Shown here: positions 26,331 through 39,432 of the stretch, in pieces | Numbering within the stretch: position 1 is the stretch's first letter | How the letters are laid out: every line of letters begins with the position of its first letter | Source of the DNA: Octopus sinensis | Taxonomy: Eukaryota | NCBI RefSeq assembly: GCF_006345805.1 | Contig: NC_043004.1 | Span: 49,166,001 to 49,230,000, forward strand | DNA length: 64,000 bases | Direction of reading: 5' to 3' | The notes under the pieces: model-generated | The model's input: only the letters and a program-made list of their open reading frames with translations | The model's database searches: none | What the model was told of the DNA's origin: nothing | Position numbers and translations under genes: made by a program

Positions 26331-27297
26331 TACAAATGTCTTTCTCACTAAAGAAATCAGTGTATCTTTCTTTTGCCTTTTACTTGTTTCAATCATTGAA
26401 CTGCGGCCATTCTGAGGCATCGCCTTGAGGAATTATGTCCGGACCTTATATAAAACTGTAGGATGTGAGTTGAAGATTCGACTCCTATTTCTAATTGGTC
26501 AAGCATCCACATAGAGGTTTTATTCGTTGGCTAGTATTTCAATGTTTTCTGCGCAATCGAATTAGTCCAGGTGATAGCCCAAATTCGAAGACACCAGAGG
26601 TTCTGTGAGTGACCAAGAACCAATACATTGAATGGAGGGGGAATGAAAGGGAAGAGGTGCAAGGGAGGAGGTGTATGAGAAGGAGGAGGTGGTGGTATGG
26701 TGCTGTTGTGATGGTGGATTAGTACCAGATTAACTATGACTCGGCAGATTATTTATCAAAGGTATACATACCAGCCATGATCATCCACCTTTTTTTGTCT
26801 ATTCGCAGAGTCCATTTCTGCGTGTCCATCTCTGAGATGGTAGTATGTGATTCGAGAGAAATTTACCTGTTATTTCCAGCAGGTCGGATGATCACATCGG
26901 CACTGTGTCATTAACTTGGCTTTGCATATCGCTCGAGCTTATTGCCGAGTCTCTCTCGTACCTACACAAAAACTCAATTTTTCTTTTACCTTTTATCAAA
27001 AAAAAATCTTAGGTGTGGGGCATATTGGAAAATTTTCTTTCTTATATATTCAAAGAGATGGGATGGTCCACGTTGGAACACCTTTGAGCATGGGTATTTT
27101 CTATCACTGTTGAGTGGCGAAAAGGGAATAAACAAGACTAACAATTCTGTTCTTAGATAAACCAACGAAGGAACTTCTACATGGTAACTCGATCTGCTAG
27201 GTATAGCAGGTAAATATCTTTCACTCCATACATTTATCCTAAAAATAAAGGGCACTCTTGATAATGCAGACAAAGGTTAGCTATTCCTAAAAAGAAG
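25845..27297. repeat. Inverted duplication, ~260-bp arms (25845-26105 and 27037-27297)
   Basis: The arms give near-identical ORF translations on opposite strands (25869..26108 + and 26986..27273 -). Confidence 0.92.
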
Positions 27298-27421
27298 ACG
27301 TGATAGTCATGGATAGATTGAATACGTTTGCTGCTGATTGTTTTTGGTCAGTGCAGACTTTGACAACACCTTTGTTCCTATACAACGATGGAGCCATCAT
27401 ATCTAACAACACGCCACTGTT

Positions 27422-27616
27422 ATGTGTAAAATACGCGCTTCAGATTGGCTAAAATACCCAAATTTTGCAAATTTTAAAGGCTAATAACTTTTTAATTGTG
27501 GATTTATAGGGCAAATGAATTTTAGTTTCATAATTAGGATACAAAACTTAATCCATACACCAAATTTGAAAACAGTTGGAACAAAATTATAAACAGTGAC
27601 GAAAACCACAAAGATC
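27422..27616. repeat. Dispersed repeat fragment, second copy at ~35800-35995
   Basis: ATGTGTAAAATAC.CGCTTC.GATTGGCTA...CCACAAAGAT shared in the same orientation. Confidence 0.75.
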
Positions 27617-27835
27617 TTGATTCTATTATTTGCTTTAGTCATTAGACTGCGGCCATGCTGGAGGCACGCCTTGAAGAATTTTTAATCGAATGAATTGATC
27701 CCAGGACTTATTTTTTAAAGCCTAGAATGGTGCTTATTTTATCGGTTTCTTTTGTCGAACTGCTAGATTACAGGGACGTAAATACACCAATATTGGTTGT
27801 CAAGCGATAGCGGGGACAAACACAGACACACACAA

Positions 27836-27892
<57 letters not shown>

Positions 27893-30329
27893 GACGGGCT
27901 TCTTTCAGTTTCCATCTACCAAATCTACTTACAAGGCTTTGGTCGGCCCAAGGCTATAATAGAAGAGATTTGCCAAGATGTCACGCAGTGGGATTAAACC
28001 TGGAACCATGTGGTTGGGGAGCAAGCTTCTTATCACACAGCCACACCTGCGCCTATACACACACACACACGACGAGCTTCTTTCAGTTTCCGTCTACCAA
28101 ATCTACTCACAAGACTTTTAGTCGGCCCGTGGCCATAGCAGAAGACACCCTCCACCCTCCAAGGACTGAACCTGGAAGCATGTGTTTGGAAAGCAAGCTT
28201 GTTACGACTCAAATGGACACAGTGGTCACGGTTGGAACACCTTTGATCATCGGTCTTCTTAATCAGAGCTGTCTTCGTCTCAACAACACCAATTCTGTCC
28301 TTGCATCCACAACGGTTTTTTTCTTCTCTTTAGTTTCATTCAGTAAACTGCGGCCATGCTGGAGCATTGCCTTGAAGGACCCAGTATTTACTTTCAAAAC
28401 TGGTACTTATTCTGCCGACGTTTTAGCCATGGACGCACACTCACCAACTTCGGTTGTCAAGCGGTGATGGGGGGGGGGGATTAACACACACACACACACA
28501 CTTCCGGCTAACTAATCCACTCGAAAGGCTTTATTTGAATAGTTTGATGCTATTGTAGAAAATACTAGCCCAAAGGCCACGCAGTGGGACTGAACCCGCG
28601 GTCGTTTGGCTGGCTATCTGGCTGGCTGGCTGGCTGGCTGGCTGGTTGGTTAGAAAGCAAGCTTCTTATCACACAAACATACCCGGATTTGTGCTTAGAC
28701 TGGAGTTGACTTTTGACACATACCTAAAACTCTCCTTTAAAATAGAGAGAACGACACGCAATCTTGTACTCCGCAGTTATATTTTCTCTTCCCATTTCAA
28801 CAATTATTCTGAAGAACGTTTTCTATGGGTGAGAGAGGCGAGATAGAAGCAGCGATTATCATAAACAATTTCGCTATTTCCTATATTTTGTAAGAAAGAC
28901 CATACAATATAGGTCAACCATTATGTTATACTCAACCCTTTAAGACAAATTATTATCATGGTTGTTGTTGTTGTTATTATTAATATTATTATTATCATTA
29001 TTATTATTACAATTATGATTATTATATTATCACCAAAACTTATAGTTAATGAAGAATTAATTGTTTTTACACCCCTGACGAAAATCGTGCCACATTTGGA
29101 CATTTTCCTCTCTATGACATTTCGAGGCTGTGTTTGAAATCAATGTTGGCGAGGTCAGAGATGCTAGCTGAAAATAGAAGTCAGGGCCGCGGCACGGTAG
29201 CTAATCTAAGGTTGTGTGTGTGTGTGGAAAGAGGAGGAGTGAAAGAGAGAGAGAGAGAGAGAGAGAGTTGGTGGGTGAGCGAGGGTGAGACTCAAAACAG
29301 TTCAATGGCTACATTTTGCCTGCTGTGACGTAAATATGAGAGGAAGTTTATCATATAATAGCTTACTACTAAACAAGACAGTGGTGTAACGGGAGGGAGG
29401 GAGGGAGGAAGACTGCTGGTTTTGCGTGTATGTGTGTATGTATATGTCAGTGTTTACGTGTGGTTCTATATATGTGTATAGATGTGTGTGTGTGCGTGTA
29501 TGCGGCTAAGAAGTGAGTATTTTGTGTGGGAGGCTACATCAGAGTATTTGTCAATACGAGAGAGAGAGAGAGAGAGAAGATATGGTTTGCATGTATGTAT
29601 ATATATCAAATAAATGTATGTATATATATACATATGTGTGTGTGTGTGTGTGTGTGTGTATTAAATATATAATTGAGTATGTGTGTAGTGTATGTGAGTA
29701 TGTATCTGTATGTGTTGTTACTAAAAGTTTCGTTCCCGCGTTTGGGTGTGTGCATGTCTATACGTCTGCATGTATGTACGTAGGTACGTATGTGTGTATG
29801 TTGGTACTCATTATTTTTTTGAAATCATTTCTTTTATCTCAATGTTAAAATTTTTTTTTGCCGATGACACTCCCGGACCCTAAGTAAGGCATGTGTAAAA
29901 TTTGAATGAAATTGGTTGAGTAGTTCTCAAGTTTTAGGGAAACACAGACAGACACACATTCTCAGTTTTATATATAAAGATATATATGTATATGTATATA
30001 AATATATATGTATGTTTGTATGTATATATATGCTTTTATTCATTTGACTGCGGATATGCTGGAGCACCATCTTTAGTCGAACAAATCGACCCCAGGACTT
30101 AGTACTGCACACACAGATCAGACGGCACACACAGATCAGAAGGGCGGTGGGTTATACAAGACTTATATATTGCTTTGTATATATAAAACAAAAATTGGCG
30201 TTTAGAATATCTGATGGTCAGTGTGTGTGTCAGAGTTGTGTTTTATTTCTCTACTTGGTTTTAAAATTCTAGTGTATGAAAAATGTACCATAAATTCATC
30301 TCTTTTTACAACGTATAAAAACAGAAGTA

Positions 30330-30750
30330 GGACCTTTTCGGTTTGAACGGCAGTTTTTTTCTAGCGGTGTCATATGAAATTGTCACCCATAATTATGACC
30401 CTAGTATCGATCTATTGCATTTCAATCTTTTTAAGGGTTAGGGTTAGGGGTGGGGGGAAAGGTATCTTTTTTTCTTCATAAATGTAAATAAACCCAATCT
30501 GTTTCTTAAACGAGAGACATATTCATACGGCACAGAATGTCTTTTTTACCTCAATAGACGTATTTGATTGGTTGAAATTGAAGAAATTGAAGAAAAAACA
30601 ACAACAAATATCTTACAAACTATAGAATTTTCTCAATAAAGCCAAAAGAAAAAGATGTTTTATAAATACATTCTACCAGTATACGAAGTTTAAAATTTTT
30701 TAATTACCTAGAAATGATGTTAAAAATTGCCGTTCAAACTGAAAAGATCC
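30330..30750 (+). mobile_element. Merlin-like MITE, copy 2
   Basis: Same TIRs and body as 1647-2066; TSD CAGAAGTA/CAGACGTA (7/8). Confidence 0.9.
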
Positions 30751-30756
30751 CAGACG

Positions 30757-30799
<43 letters not shown>

Positions 30800-31179
30800 G
30801 TATGTATGTATGTGTGTATGTATGTATGCATGCATGTATGTATGTATGTATATATGTATGTATGTACATCACGTGCGTGATATGTAGGTATGCATGCATG
30901 TGTGTGCATACAGCTGTGTTAACTGTTATACACCTACAACTATGCTGACACCGTGTACAATACTGCAAAACATCTATAGGCTCACCGTTCACACACGGTA
31001 ACGTATCTGAAAATTGTGACTACGGTATGTAAACACATATACAAGAACTGTATAACACACCTACAGCATTTACACAATAACGTCTGTGTTTACACAGGAA
31101 AGTACGTTTCGACCACACTGGAACACGCTTATAAACTTTGTTTACACTGTGGATCAGAATATAAAATAAAATAAATGCG

Positions 31180-31422
31180 CCCCTTTAAAGCCTAGCCAGG
31201 CTCATGGGCCCGTTTTCCCGGTTTCTATGGCGTATGTGTTCCCCAGCTGGACGGGACGTCAGTCCATCGCAGCGCTACTCATTTTTTCCAGCTGAGTGGA
31301 CTGGAACAACGTGAAATGAAGTGTTTTCTCAAGAACACAACGCGTCGCTCGGTCCAGGAATCGAAACCACAATCTTACGATCATGATGCTGACACCCTAA
31401 CCACTAAGCCACGCGCCTCCAC
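31180..31422 (-). mobile_element. SINE with family-D head and tail X
   Basis: Head as in 32890-33210; tail as in 41745-42043. Confidence 0.8.
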
Positions 31423-32182
31423 AGATCAGAATATGCAATTGCGTTTAATCTGCGTATCTAAACTACAACTATTTTTGACACTGTGTAACACACCAAACTC
31501 TATAACATACGACTTTTGCAGTGTGTAACGTTGTGTAAAAGTAGTTGTAAGTATTTCAAACACATTTGGGACCTTGTTTACTATGCATAACACATCAATA
31601 ACTATGTTTGCTGTACGACATGTTCAAACGTATTTACAGTGTAAGTCATCTGCGACTGCGTTGGCACTGTATAACACATTCTACAAAACGTGTTTACGTT
31701 GTAACCCATACACAAATGCAGGCATGACTGCATGGTAAGAAGTTTGCTTCCCAACCACATGGCTCCGGGTTCAGTTCCACTGCGTAACACCTTAGACAAG
31801 TATTTTGTATTATTGCCTCGGCTTGGCCAAAGCCTTGTGCGTGGATATAATAGAGGGAAATTGAAAGAAACCTGTCGTGTATGTATGTATGTATGTATGT
31901 ATGTATGTATGTATGTATGTATGTATGTATGTATGTATATATATATATATATATATAGATATATATATATATATATATATATCTATATATATATATATAT
32001 ACATATATGTATACATATGTGTGTATGTATGTATGTATGTATGGCAAATGAAAGACGGAAGATAGAACATACGAGAATTTATTATTATTTATTATTAATC
32101 ACAACAATTGTTTCGACACATCTAGCATCGATTCCTCTTGCGGGACACTCAACAACTGGTGCAGTAGCATGTATATATATAT

Positions 32183-32388
32183 AAATCGAAGGAGGGGCTT
32201 TCTCCGTCCAGGTTGCGGATCCGTGGAACAAGCTGCCAGACGAGATGGTTAAGATGCCGACGACCGCTTTGTTCAAAGTGTCCCTTGATCTCAAGTGGCC
32301 TGAACTCTTTACATGAACACCACCCTGTACATAACTCCATGTCCCCCTACATGGCCTTGCTTTTTGCTTTTTGAGCCCAAAATTAACT

Positions 32389-32391
<3 letters not shown>
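32183..32391 (+). mobile_element. 3' end of a CR1-like LINE inserted in (TA)n
   Basis: Reads AFSVQVADPWNKLPDEMVKMPTTALFKVSLDLKWPELFT* (FSxRVxxxWNxLP...FKxxLD motif), short 3' UTR ending TTAACTAAC, TA tracts on both sides. Confidence 0.85.
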
Positions 32392-32457
<66 letters not shown>

Positions 32458-32889
32458 ATATGGTGTGTGTGCGTGTGTGTTCGTGTGTGTGTGTGTTTGT
32501 TTGCGTGTGTCTGTGTCTGTGTGTGTCCGTCCAACCACCGCTTGATAGCATATGTTGGTGTGTTTATGTTCCCGTGACTTAGAGGCTCGGCAAAAGAGAC
32601 TGATAGAATAAGTACCAGGTCGTAAAGAAAAATTAGTACTGGGGTCGATTCTTCAAAGGGATGCTTCAGCATGGCCGAAGTCTAATGACAGAAACAAATA
32701 AAAGATAAAAGATGTTTGCAACACATCTACAAATGTGTTCACACTATGTAACAAATCAACAACTGCGTTTACACACTGTAACACAGTCTACAAATGTGTT
32801 TACACTGTAACACATCAGTTGTATTTTCACTGTTGTAGAGCTACAAGTGCTTTCACAGTGTAACACATGTATTACAATGTGTAACACAT

Positions 32890-33210
32890 GGCACTCCGTC
32901 GGTTACACGAGGCGGGTTCTACTTAATCCGATCGACGGAACAGCCTGCCCATGAAATTAAGGTGTAAGTGGCTGAACACTCCGCAGACACGTGTAGCCTT
33001 AATGTAGTTTCTCAGGGAGATTCAGCGTGACACAGAATGTGACAAGGCCGGCCCTTTGAAATACAAGCACTAATCATTTTGCCAGCTGATTGGACTGGAG
33101 CAACTTGAAATAAAGTGTCTTGCTCAAGGACACAATACGTCGCCGGGAATTGAACTCACAACATTACGATCCTGAGCCGAATACCCTAACCACTAAGCCA
33201 AGCGACTTCA
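32890..33210 (-). mobile_element. SINE with family-D head and tail Z
   Basis: tRNA-like head plus CORE-like block; distinct tail ending TAACCGACGGAGTGCCA. Confidence 0.75.
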
Positions 33211-34003
33211 CTGCAACACTTATACAAGTGTATAAATGTAAACAAACAAATATTTGTTCTTTCATTAGAAGCGTCGAAATGTGTACTTTACGATTCAAAT
33301 AACTCTTTTACCCTTTTACTTGGAGCACCGCCTTTAGTCGAGCAAATCGACCCCAGGACGTAAACATACCAGCATCGGTTGTGAAGCGATGTTCGGGGAG
33401 GGGGGGCGACAAACACAAACATATATATACATATACATATATACGACGGGCTTCTTTCAGTTTCCGTCTACCAAATCCACTCACAAGGCTTTGGTTGGCC
33501 CGAGACTATAGTAGAAGACACTTGCCCAAGGTGTCACGCAGTGGGACTGAACCCGGAACCATGTGGTTGGTAAGCAAGTTACTTACAACACGCAGAGTTG
33601 CAGTTAGAATAGCAGAAATACTGAGTAAATTACCTTCACAAGACGAAGAAATTCGTCAACAACCAGCCATGGGACTCGAACCCACATATACAAGTGTGTT
33701 ACATGTCTATAACTGTGTTTAATATGTACAACGCATTTACAGGAACTAGTTACTGGAATACATTTCCGGTCGTATGTCCTCTTATATTTGTGGACATGTC
33801 TTTCCCTTTAGTGCATTCGAACCTTTGTTGTTTTTGTTACATCTGGCCTCAATTCATTGCTCCTTTGTTTTTCCTCCATCTGTTGCCATCGTTGTCTGCT
33901 CATGTATGATGGTTATTGCAGGAAGGGCCTCAGATCTTTGTTCAGATGTGTACTTCCTACCATGCTACATAAAATTCCGTACATACATGTTTGTGTGTGT
34001 GTA

Positions 34004-34046
<43 letters not shown>

Positions 34047-34705
34047 ATGTGTGTGTGTGTGTGTGTCTAAGCGTGACTTAGCTCAAGTGGTGTTGGCAGG
34101 CAGTGAGGATGGTAATAAGCCTTTCTGCGCTATCCAGCAGCCTCTTGTGGCTTTAGCTCATTGTCACAACCTGTTAGCACTTTCTTGATACCATTAAAGT
34201 GAGGTCAACAGTTGAACTTTGTGACCTTTCACTAAATGTTAATGAATGCAAAAATATTAATTAGATTTTCAACTCGTGGAAATAATATGGTTCAGAAATT
34301 TCTTATTTGGAGATGGTATGTAATGTAATAGAAGGATGTTGGCAGAGTCGTTAAAGCGACGAATACAATGCTTTGTGTTATTTGTTCAACCTCACTGAGT
34401 TTTGAGTTCAATTCCCGATGTATCCAGTTTTGCATTTTATCATTCGGGGTCGATGAATAGAGTAGTAGTAAGTCGTCGAATAGAGCAGCGCTCTGCAGCC
34501 TCATTCCACTTGCGGCACACTTATATTCTTTTCAAAATTTGGCGGCACACCAGAACTAAAAATATAGGGGAAAAAATTGTATTCAGGTTACACTGTGACA
34601 CACCTAGCAACGTCTCGTGGCACACCAGTGTGCCGTAACATATCGGCTGTGGATCACTGGAATAGAGCTGGGATCTTTATGGATTGGGTCACTGCATGTC
34701 GAAAT

Positions 34706-35129
34706 ACTCTTTTACTCTTTTACTTGTTTCAGTCATTTGACTGTGGCCATGCTGGAGCACCGCTTTTAGTCGAGCAAATCGACCCCAGGACTTATTCTTT
34801 GTAACACTAGTACTTATTCTATCAGTCCCTTTTGCCGAACCGCTAAGTTACGGGGACGTAAACACACCAGCATCGGTTGTCAAGCGACGTTGAGGGGGGA
34901 CAAACACAGACACAAAAACACACACACAAATATATATACATATATATATATATATACATATATACGGCGGGCTTCTTTCAGTTTCCGTCTACCAAATCCA
35001 CTCACAAGGCTTTGGTCAGCCCGAGGCTATAGTAGAAGACACTTGCCCAAGGTACCACGCAGTGGGACTAAACCCGGAACCATGTGGTTGGTAAGCAAGC
35101 TACTTACCACACAGCCACTCCTACGCCTA
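34706..35129 (-). mobile_element. SINE family B, full length
   Basis: Head, CORE-like block, (TA)/(TG) spacer, tail with AAAGAGT-type repeats; TSD CGAAAT (34700-34705 / 35130-35135). Confidence 0.9.
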
Positions 35130-36003
35130 CGAAATCTTTAAAAAAATTTTTTTTAATGTTTCATATATTTAGATGTAATTTTTGACACTGAATCCGAATT
35201 TGTTATTCATTTATTCCAGGAAAATTTTGCGAAAATATTACAGGTGTTCAAAGTTTGATCATGTTCAGAATTTTCAGCCAATCAGTAAACAGCACGTTCG
35301 CTTCCTCTTCCATCATCTGTCACAGTGGCGAGAAGGAGCAGAGGTGCCGGCATGTCAAAATCTCTATACCTATTTCTATTTCTTTATTGCCCACAAGGGG
35401 CTAAACACAGAGGGGACAAATAAGGACAGACAAACGGATTAAGTCAATTACATCGACCCCAGTGCGTAACTGGTACTTAATTTATCGACCCCGAAAGGAT
35501 GAAAGGCAAAGACGACCTCGGCGGAATTTGGACTCAGAACATAATGGCAGACGAAATACCACAAAGCATTTCGCCCGGCGTGCTAACGTTTCTGCCAGCT
35601 CGCCGCCTTCAAAATCTCTATACCGTTCTCGAATCGAATTCCTACTGTTACGGAACACTCCCTGTGCGCATGCACAGCATCTTTGGTAATTATGGAAACA
35701 GAGTTCTTTGTAAGCAGTTATGGAACATGTGGTGGGTTATACTCCTTGGTTTCTATAGAAACTGTTCTTTGCTTACTATGCTAACAGAACTTCACGGTGA
35801 TGTGTAAAATACTCGCTTCTGATTGGCTAGAAATATCCAAGTTTTGCAAACTTTAAAGACTAATAACTTTTTTATTATAAATTTATAGGAAAAATGATTT
35901 TCACTTTCATAATTAATATACAAAACTTAATCCATATACCAAATTTGAAAGCAATTGGAGCAAAATTAGAGACAGTAACTCAAGCCACAAAGATTCTAGA
36001 GCT

Positions 36004-36059
<56 letters not shown>

Positions 36060-36066
36060 TGCAGCT

Positions 36067-36109
<43 letters not shown>

Positions 36110-36830
36110 AAGAAGATGGGCAGAATTGTTAGGGAATAGGTCAGACAAGACGCTTAGCAATCCCTCTGCATCACACGATTCCCTAATTAGCCGTTCACGG
36201 GACCACTACTGATGATTAAAGCAGCAATTGGTGAAAGTTAATTGTAGCTGTCTAAGTCTACCGTTGTAGTCGAATGCAGCTGCTGATGTTAAGGATGAAT
36301 ATTATCCATTATTCGGTATACGGTGACATAGTAAACCGCACTAGCGTATTTCCTATAGTATCTTGCTTACCAACCACATGGTTCCGGATTGTATAAGCGT
36401 ATTTTCTAAGTAGCTTGCTTACCAACCACATGGTTCCGGGTTCAGTCCCACTGCGTGGTACCTTGGGCAAGTGTCTTCTACTATAGCCTCGGACCGTCCA
36501 AAGCTTTGTGAGTGGATTTGGTAGACGGAAACTGAAACAAGCCTGTCGTATATATGTATATATGTGTGTGTGTGTGCTTGTGTTTGTCGCCCCCCCTCCC
36601 CGAACATCGCTTCACAACCGATGCTGGTATGTTTACGTCCTGGGGTCGATTTGCTCGACTAAAGGCGGTGCTCCTGCATGGCCACAGTCAAATGACTGAA
36701 ACAAGTAAAAGAGAGAGTTAAGAGAGAGTCGAAAGTATGTTATATTTAAGGAAGGAGGTGTCCAACAAAATTTCCCTCAAATAACACAATACCATCATAA
36801 ATAGGAAAAAAAAAACAATAAACCATGTAG

Positions 36831-36861
<31 letters not shown>

Positions 36862-37053
36862 GTGTGGGTGGGTGTAAATAATAATAATCTATAAGCGCTT
36901 ATCGTGTATCAGCTAAAGAAAATAGTCTAACATTGGGGCATATAAGCACTCGACGGAAAATATACATACATACATATATATATATTTATTTATAGAAATG
37001 GTAAGACAACAAAAGAAAGAAAGAGGCCTCGATATTATGTAAATAGAGGAATT

Positions 37054-37296
37054 TATCTGTAAATATAATATGTGACAATTATTCGGTAGCCATGATAATA
37101 AAACTCCGAGTTTCGGATGTCGGGGTGGAAATCCACGCCGCCATCTCTTCCGCTATCCGGTCATCGGATTTTCATAGTATTTTTTCCGATGGCCGGATAA
37201 CTCAATAGATGACGGCGTGGATTTCCACCCCGACATCCGAAACTCGGAGTTTTATCATGTCTACCGAATAATTGTCACATATTACATTTACAGATA
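37054..37296. repeat. Long palindrome (~115-bp arms, ~16-nt spacer)
   Basis: TATCTGTAAAT...TATCCGGTCATCGGA and TCCGATGGCCGGATA...ATTTACAGATA are reverse complements with few mismatches. Confidence 0.92.
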
Positions 37297-37299
37297 TAT

Positions 37300-37719
37300 A
37301 TATATATATATATATATACATACATACATACACTACTCCACGCACACTAGCACTGACCATTTCCCAGCACCTACACTACACACGATCATCCACACACACA
37401 CACACATTCTCACATACACACACACGCATACGCATCCTCGTTTTGGGACCACCAACACTTTATTATCTCCCCTTCTTTCAACCTCTTCTTTCAATTTTTT
37501 TTATAATCAGTCGCCATGCTTGACCGCTACATCCACAAGTTGTTTTTTTAATTCTCTCTGTTTATTTTCTCTTATTTCTTTCTGTTGAAGTGCATGGGAT
37601 CGAAACGTAAAAGACTTTTTTTTATTTTCCCGAGCGTCAAACTAATACATCTGCTTGTTGTTCATTCACCTATCTTTGTCTTCCGTTTTTCTATAAATTT
37701 TCGACTCTCTATATATATA

Positions 37720-37771
<52 letters not shown>

Positions 37772-38770
37772 ATGGGTACGTGTACTAAAACCCACTTTTT
37801 TCCAACAAGGGCTCATATGCCCCAATATCGGACTATATATATCCCCCCTCTCATTTTTCTTCCTTTCTCTTGCTCCCCCTCTCTCACATTTCTTGGCCCT
37901 CTCTTTCTTTAACTCCCACTATTTCCCACTCGTTTATCTCCCCTGCACCTTTCCCTTTGCCTCTGATTTTTTCTAATCTTCCAATCCCGCTGTCCCCAAC
38001 CCATCTCTCCTCCTTCCACGTGACCGGTGTCCGGCCAGCCATGATCTTTCTTTCTTGGCATGACTGCCAACCGTCAACGTTTTGTGTCCATCTCCCATGA
38101 TCCTGCCTTTAGGCTTTCGCTTCATACACGCCACCTCAATTTGAATCGTTCTCAGTCGAAAGACGCCTGTTATTATTTCTTGTTGTTTTCGTAATTGTGT
38201 ACCATGTTCTCCGTTTTTTTTTGTTTATTTGCTTTTTTTTTGTCTTTTTGTCTTTCTTTTTGTACACATTCGCTAGCTTTCTTACAAAGGGATCTAATGC
38301 TGTTAGCTTAGACTTTTTTGGAGGCAACCAGATCGAACCATCTCAAGCGCAACTGCCAGAAATGGTCGTGACTTCTGATACTTGACTGATGAAAGAAAGC
38401 CAAGAATGACCCTTCTTTTTTTTTTTGCCTATCCTTCTAATTGTTGTTTCTCTTGTCCGCCTTTGTGTTGTCTATCTGTCTGAACGTTTTAATGCGCTCT
38501 ATTTTGTTTTTTGTTCTATATATATATATATATATAATCCCCCCCCCACGCAAAAAAAAACACGAAGAAAAAATACAACAAAAACAACAACGTGACGACG
38601 TGGTACATGCAAAGTATTAAAAGACGCTCAGGGAAGGAAAGAAAGTGTGTTTTACGTTATGAGCAAAGCTCTTCAGAAACGGTAGACAGAGAAAAGTCCA
38701 AGAGAAAAGGAAGAAGGAAGATAAAAAATCGCCAACAATCCACATGTAGTTACATTTTGAAATGACAGGC
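37300..38770. mobile_element. Cluster of Penelope-like terminal remnants in mixed orientation
   Basis: Hammerhead-like motifs at 37577-37614 (+) and 38649-38680 (-) with flanks similar to 16110-16230; pyrimidine-rich 3' UTR-like tracts. Confidence 0.5.
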
Positions 38771-39180
38771 ACTGGAGTGGTAATTAGCTTGCTTAAAAAC
38801 CACCTGGTTCCGGGTTCGATCCCACTGCGTGGCACGCTGCGCAAATGTCGTCTACTATAGCCTCGGGCCGACCAAAGCCTTGTGAGTGGATTTGGTAGAC
38901 GGAAACTGAAAGAAGCCCAAGTATGTATGTATATGTTTGTGTGTCTGTGTTTGTCCTCCCACCCTCGCTTGACAACCGATGTTGGTGTGTTTACGGCCCC
39001 GTTACTGAGCGTTTCGGCAAAAGAGACCGATAGTACTAGACTTAAAAAGAATAAGTCCTGCGCGGAACCCTGGCCAAGTGTCGTCTACTGTAGCCTCGGG
39101 CCGACCAAAACCTTGTGAATGGATTTGGTAGACGAAAACTGAAAGGAGACCATCGTATGTTGTGTGTGTGTGTGTGTGTG

Positions 39181-39256
<76 letters not shown>

Positions 39257-39386
39257 TTGTGTTCTGTGTTTGTACTCCTACCCTTGCTTGACAACCGATG
39301 TTGGTGTGTTTACGTCCTGGGGTCGATTTGTTCGACTAAAGATGGTGCTCCAGTATATCCGCAGTCAAATGAATAAAAGCATATAT

Positions 39387-39431
<45 letters not shown>

Positions 39432-39432
<1 letters not shown>

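Larger units (their letters stand above)
30910..33760. repeat. Old degenerate ~30-bp tandem repeat (CAAATGTGTTTACACTGTAACACA-like) fragmented by later insertions
   Basis: Unit recognisable at 30910-31150, 31440-31710, 32715-32890 and 33690-33760, between SINE and LINE insertions. Confidence 0.55.

Noticed and set aside
32095-32170. GAAACAATTGTT hammerhead 3' half on the minus strand
   Set aside because: No CTGANGA core or stem partner present; at most a truncated PLE end.
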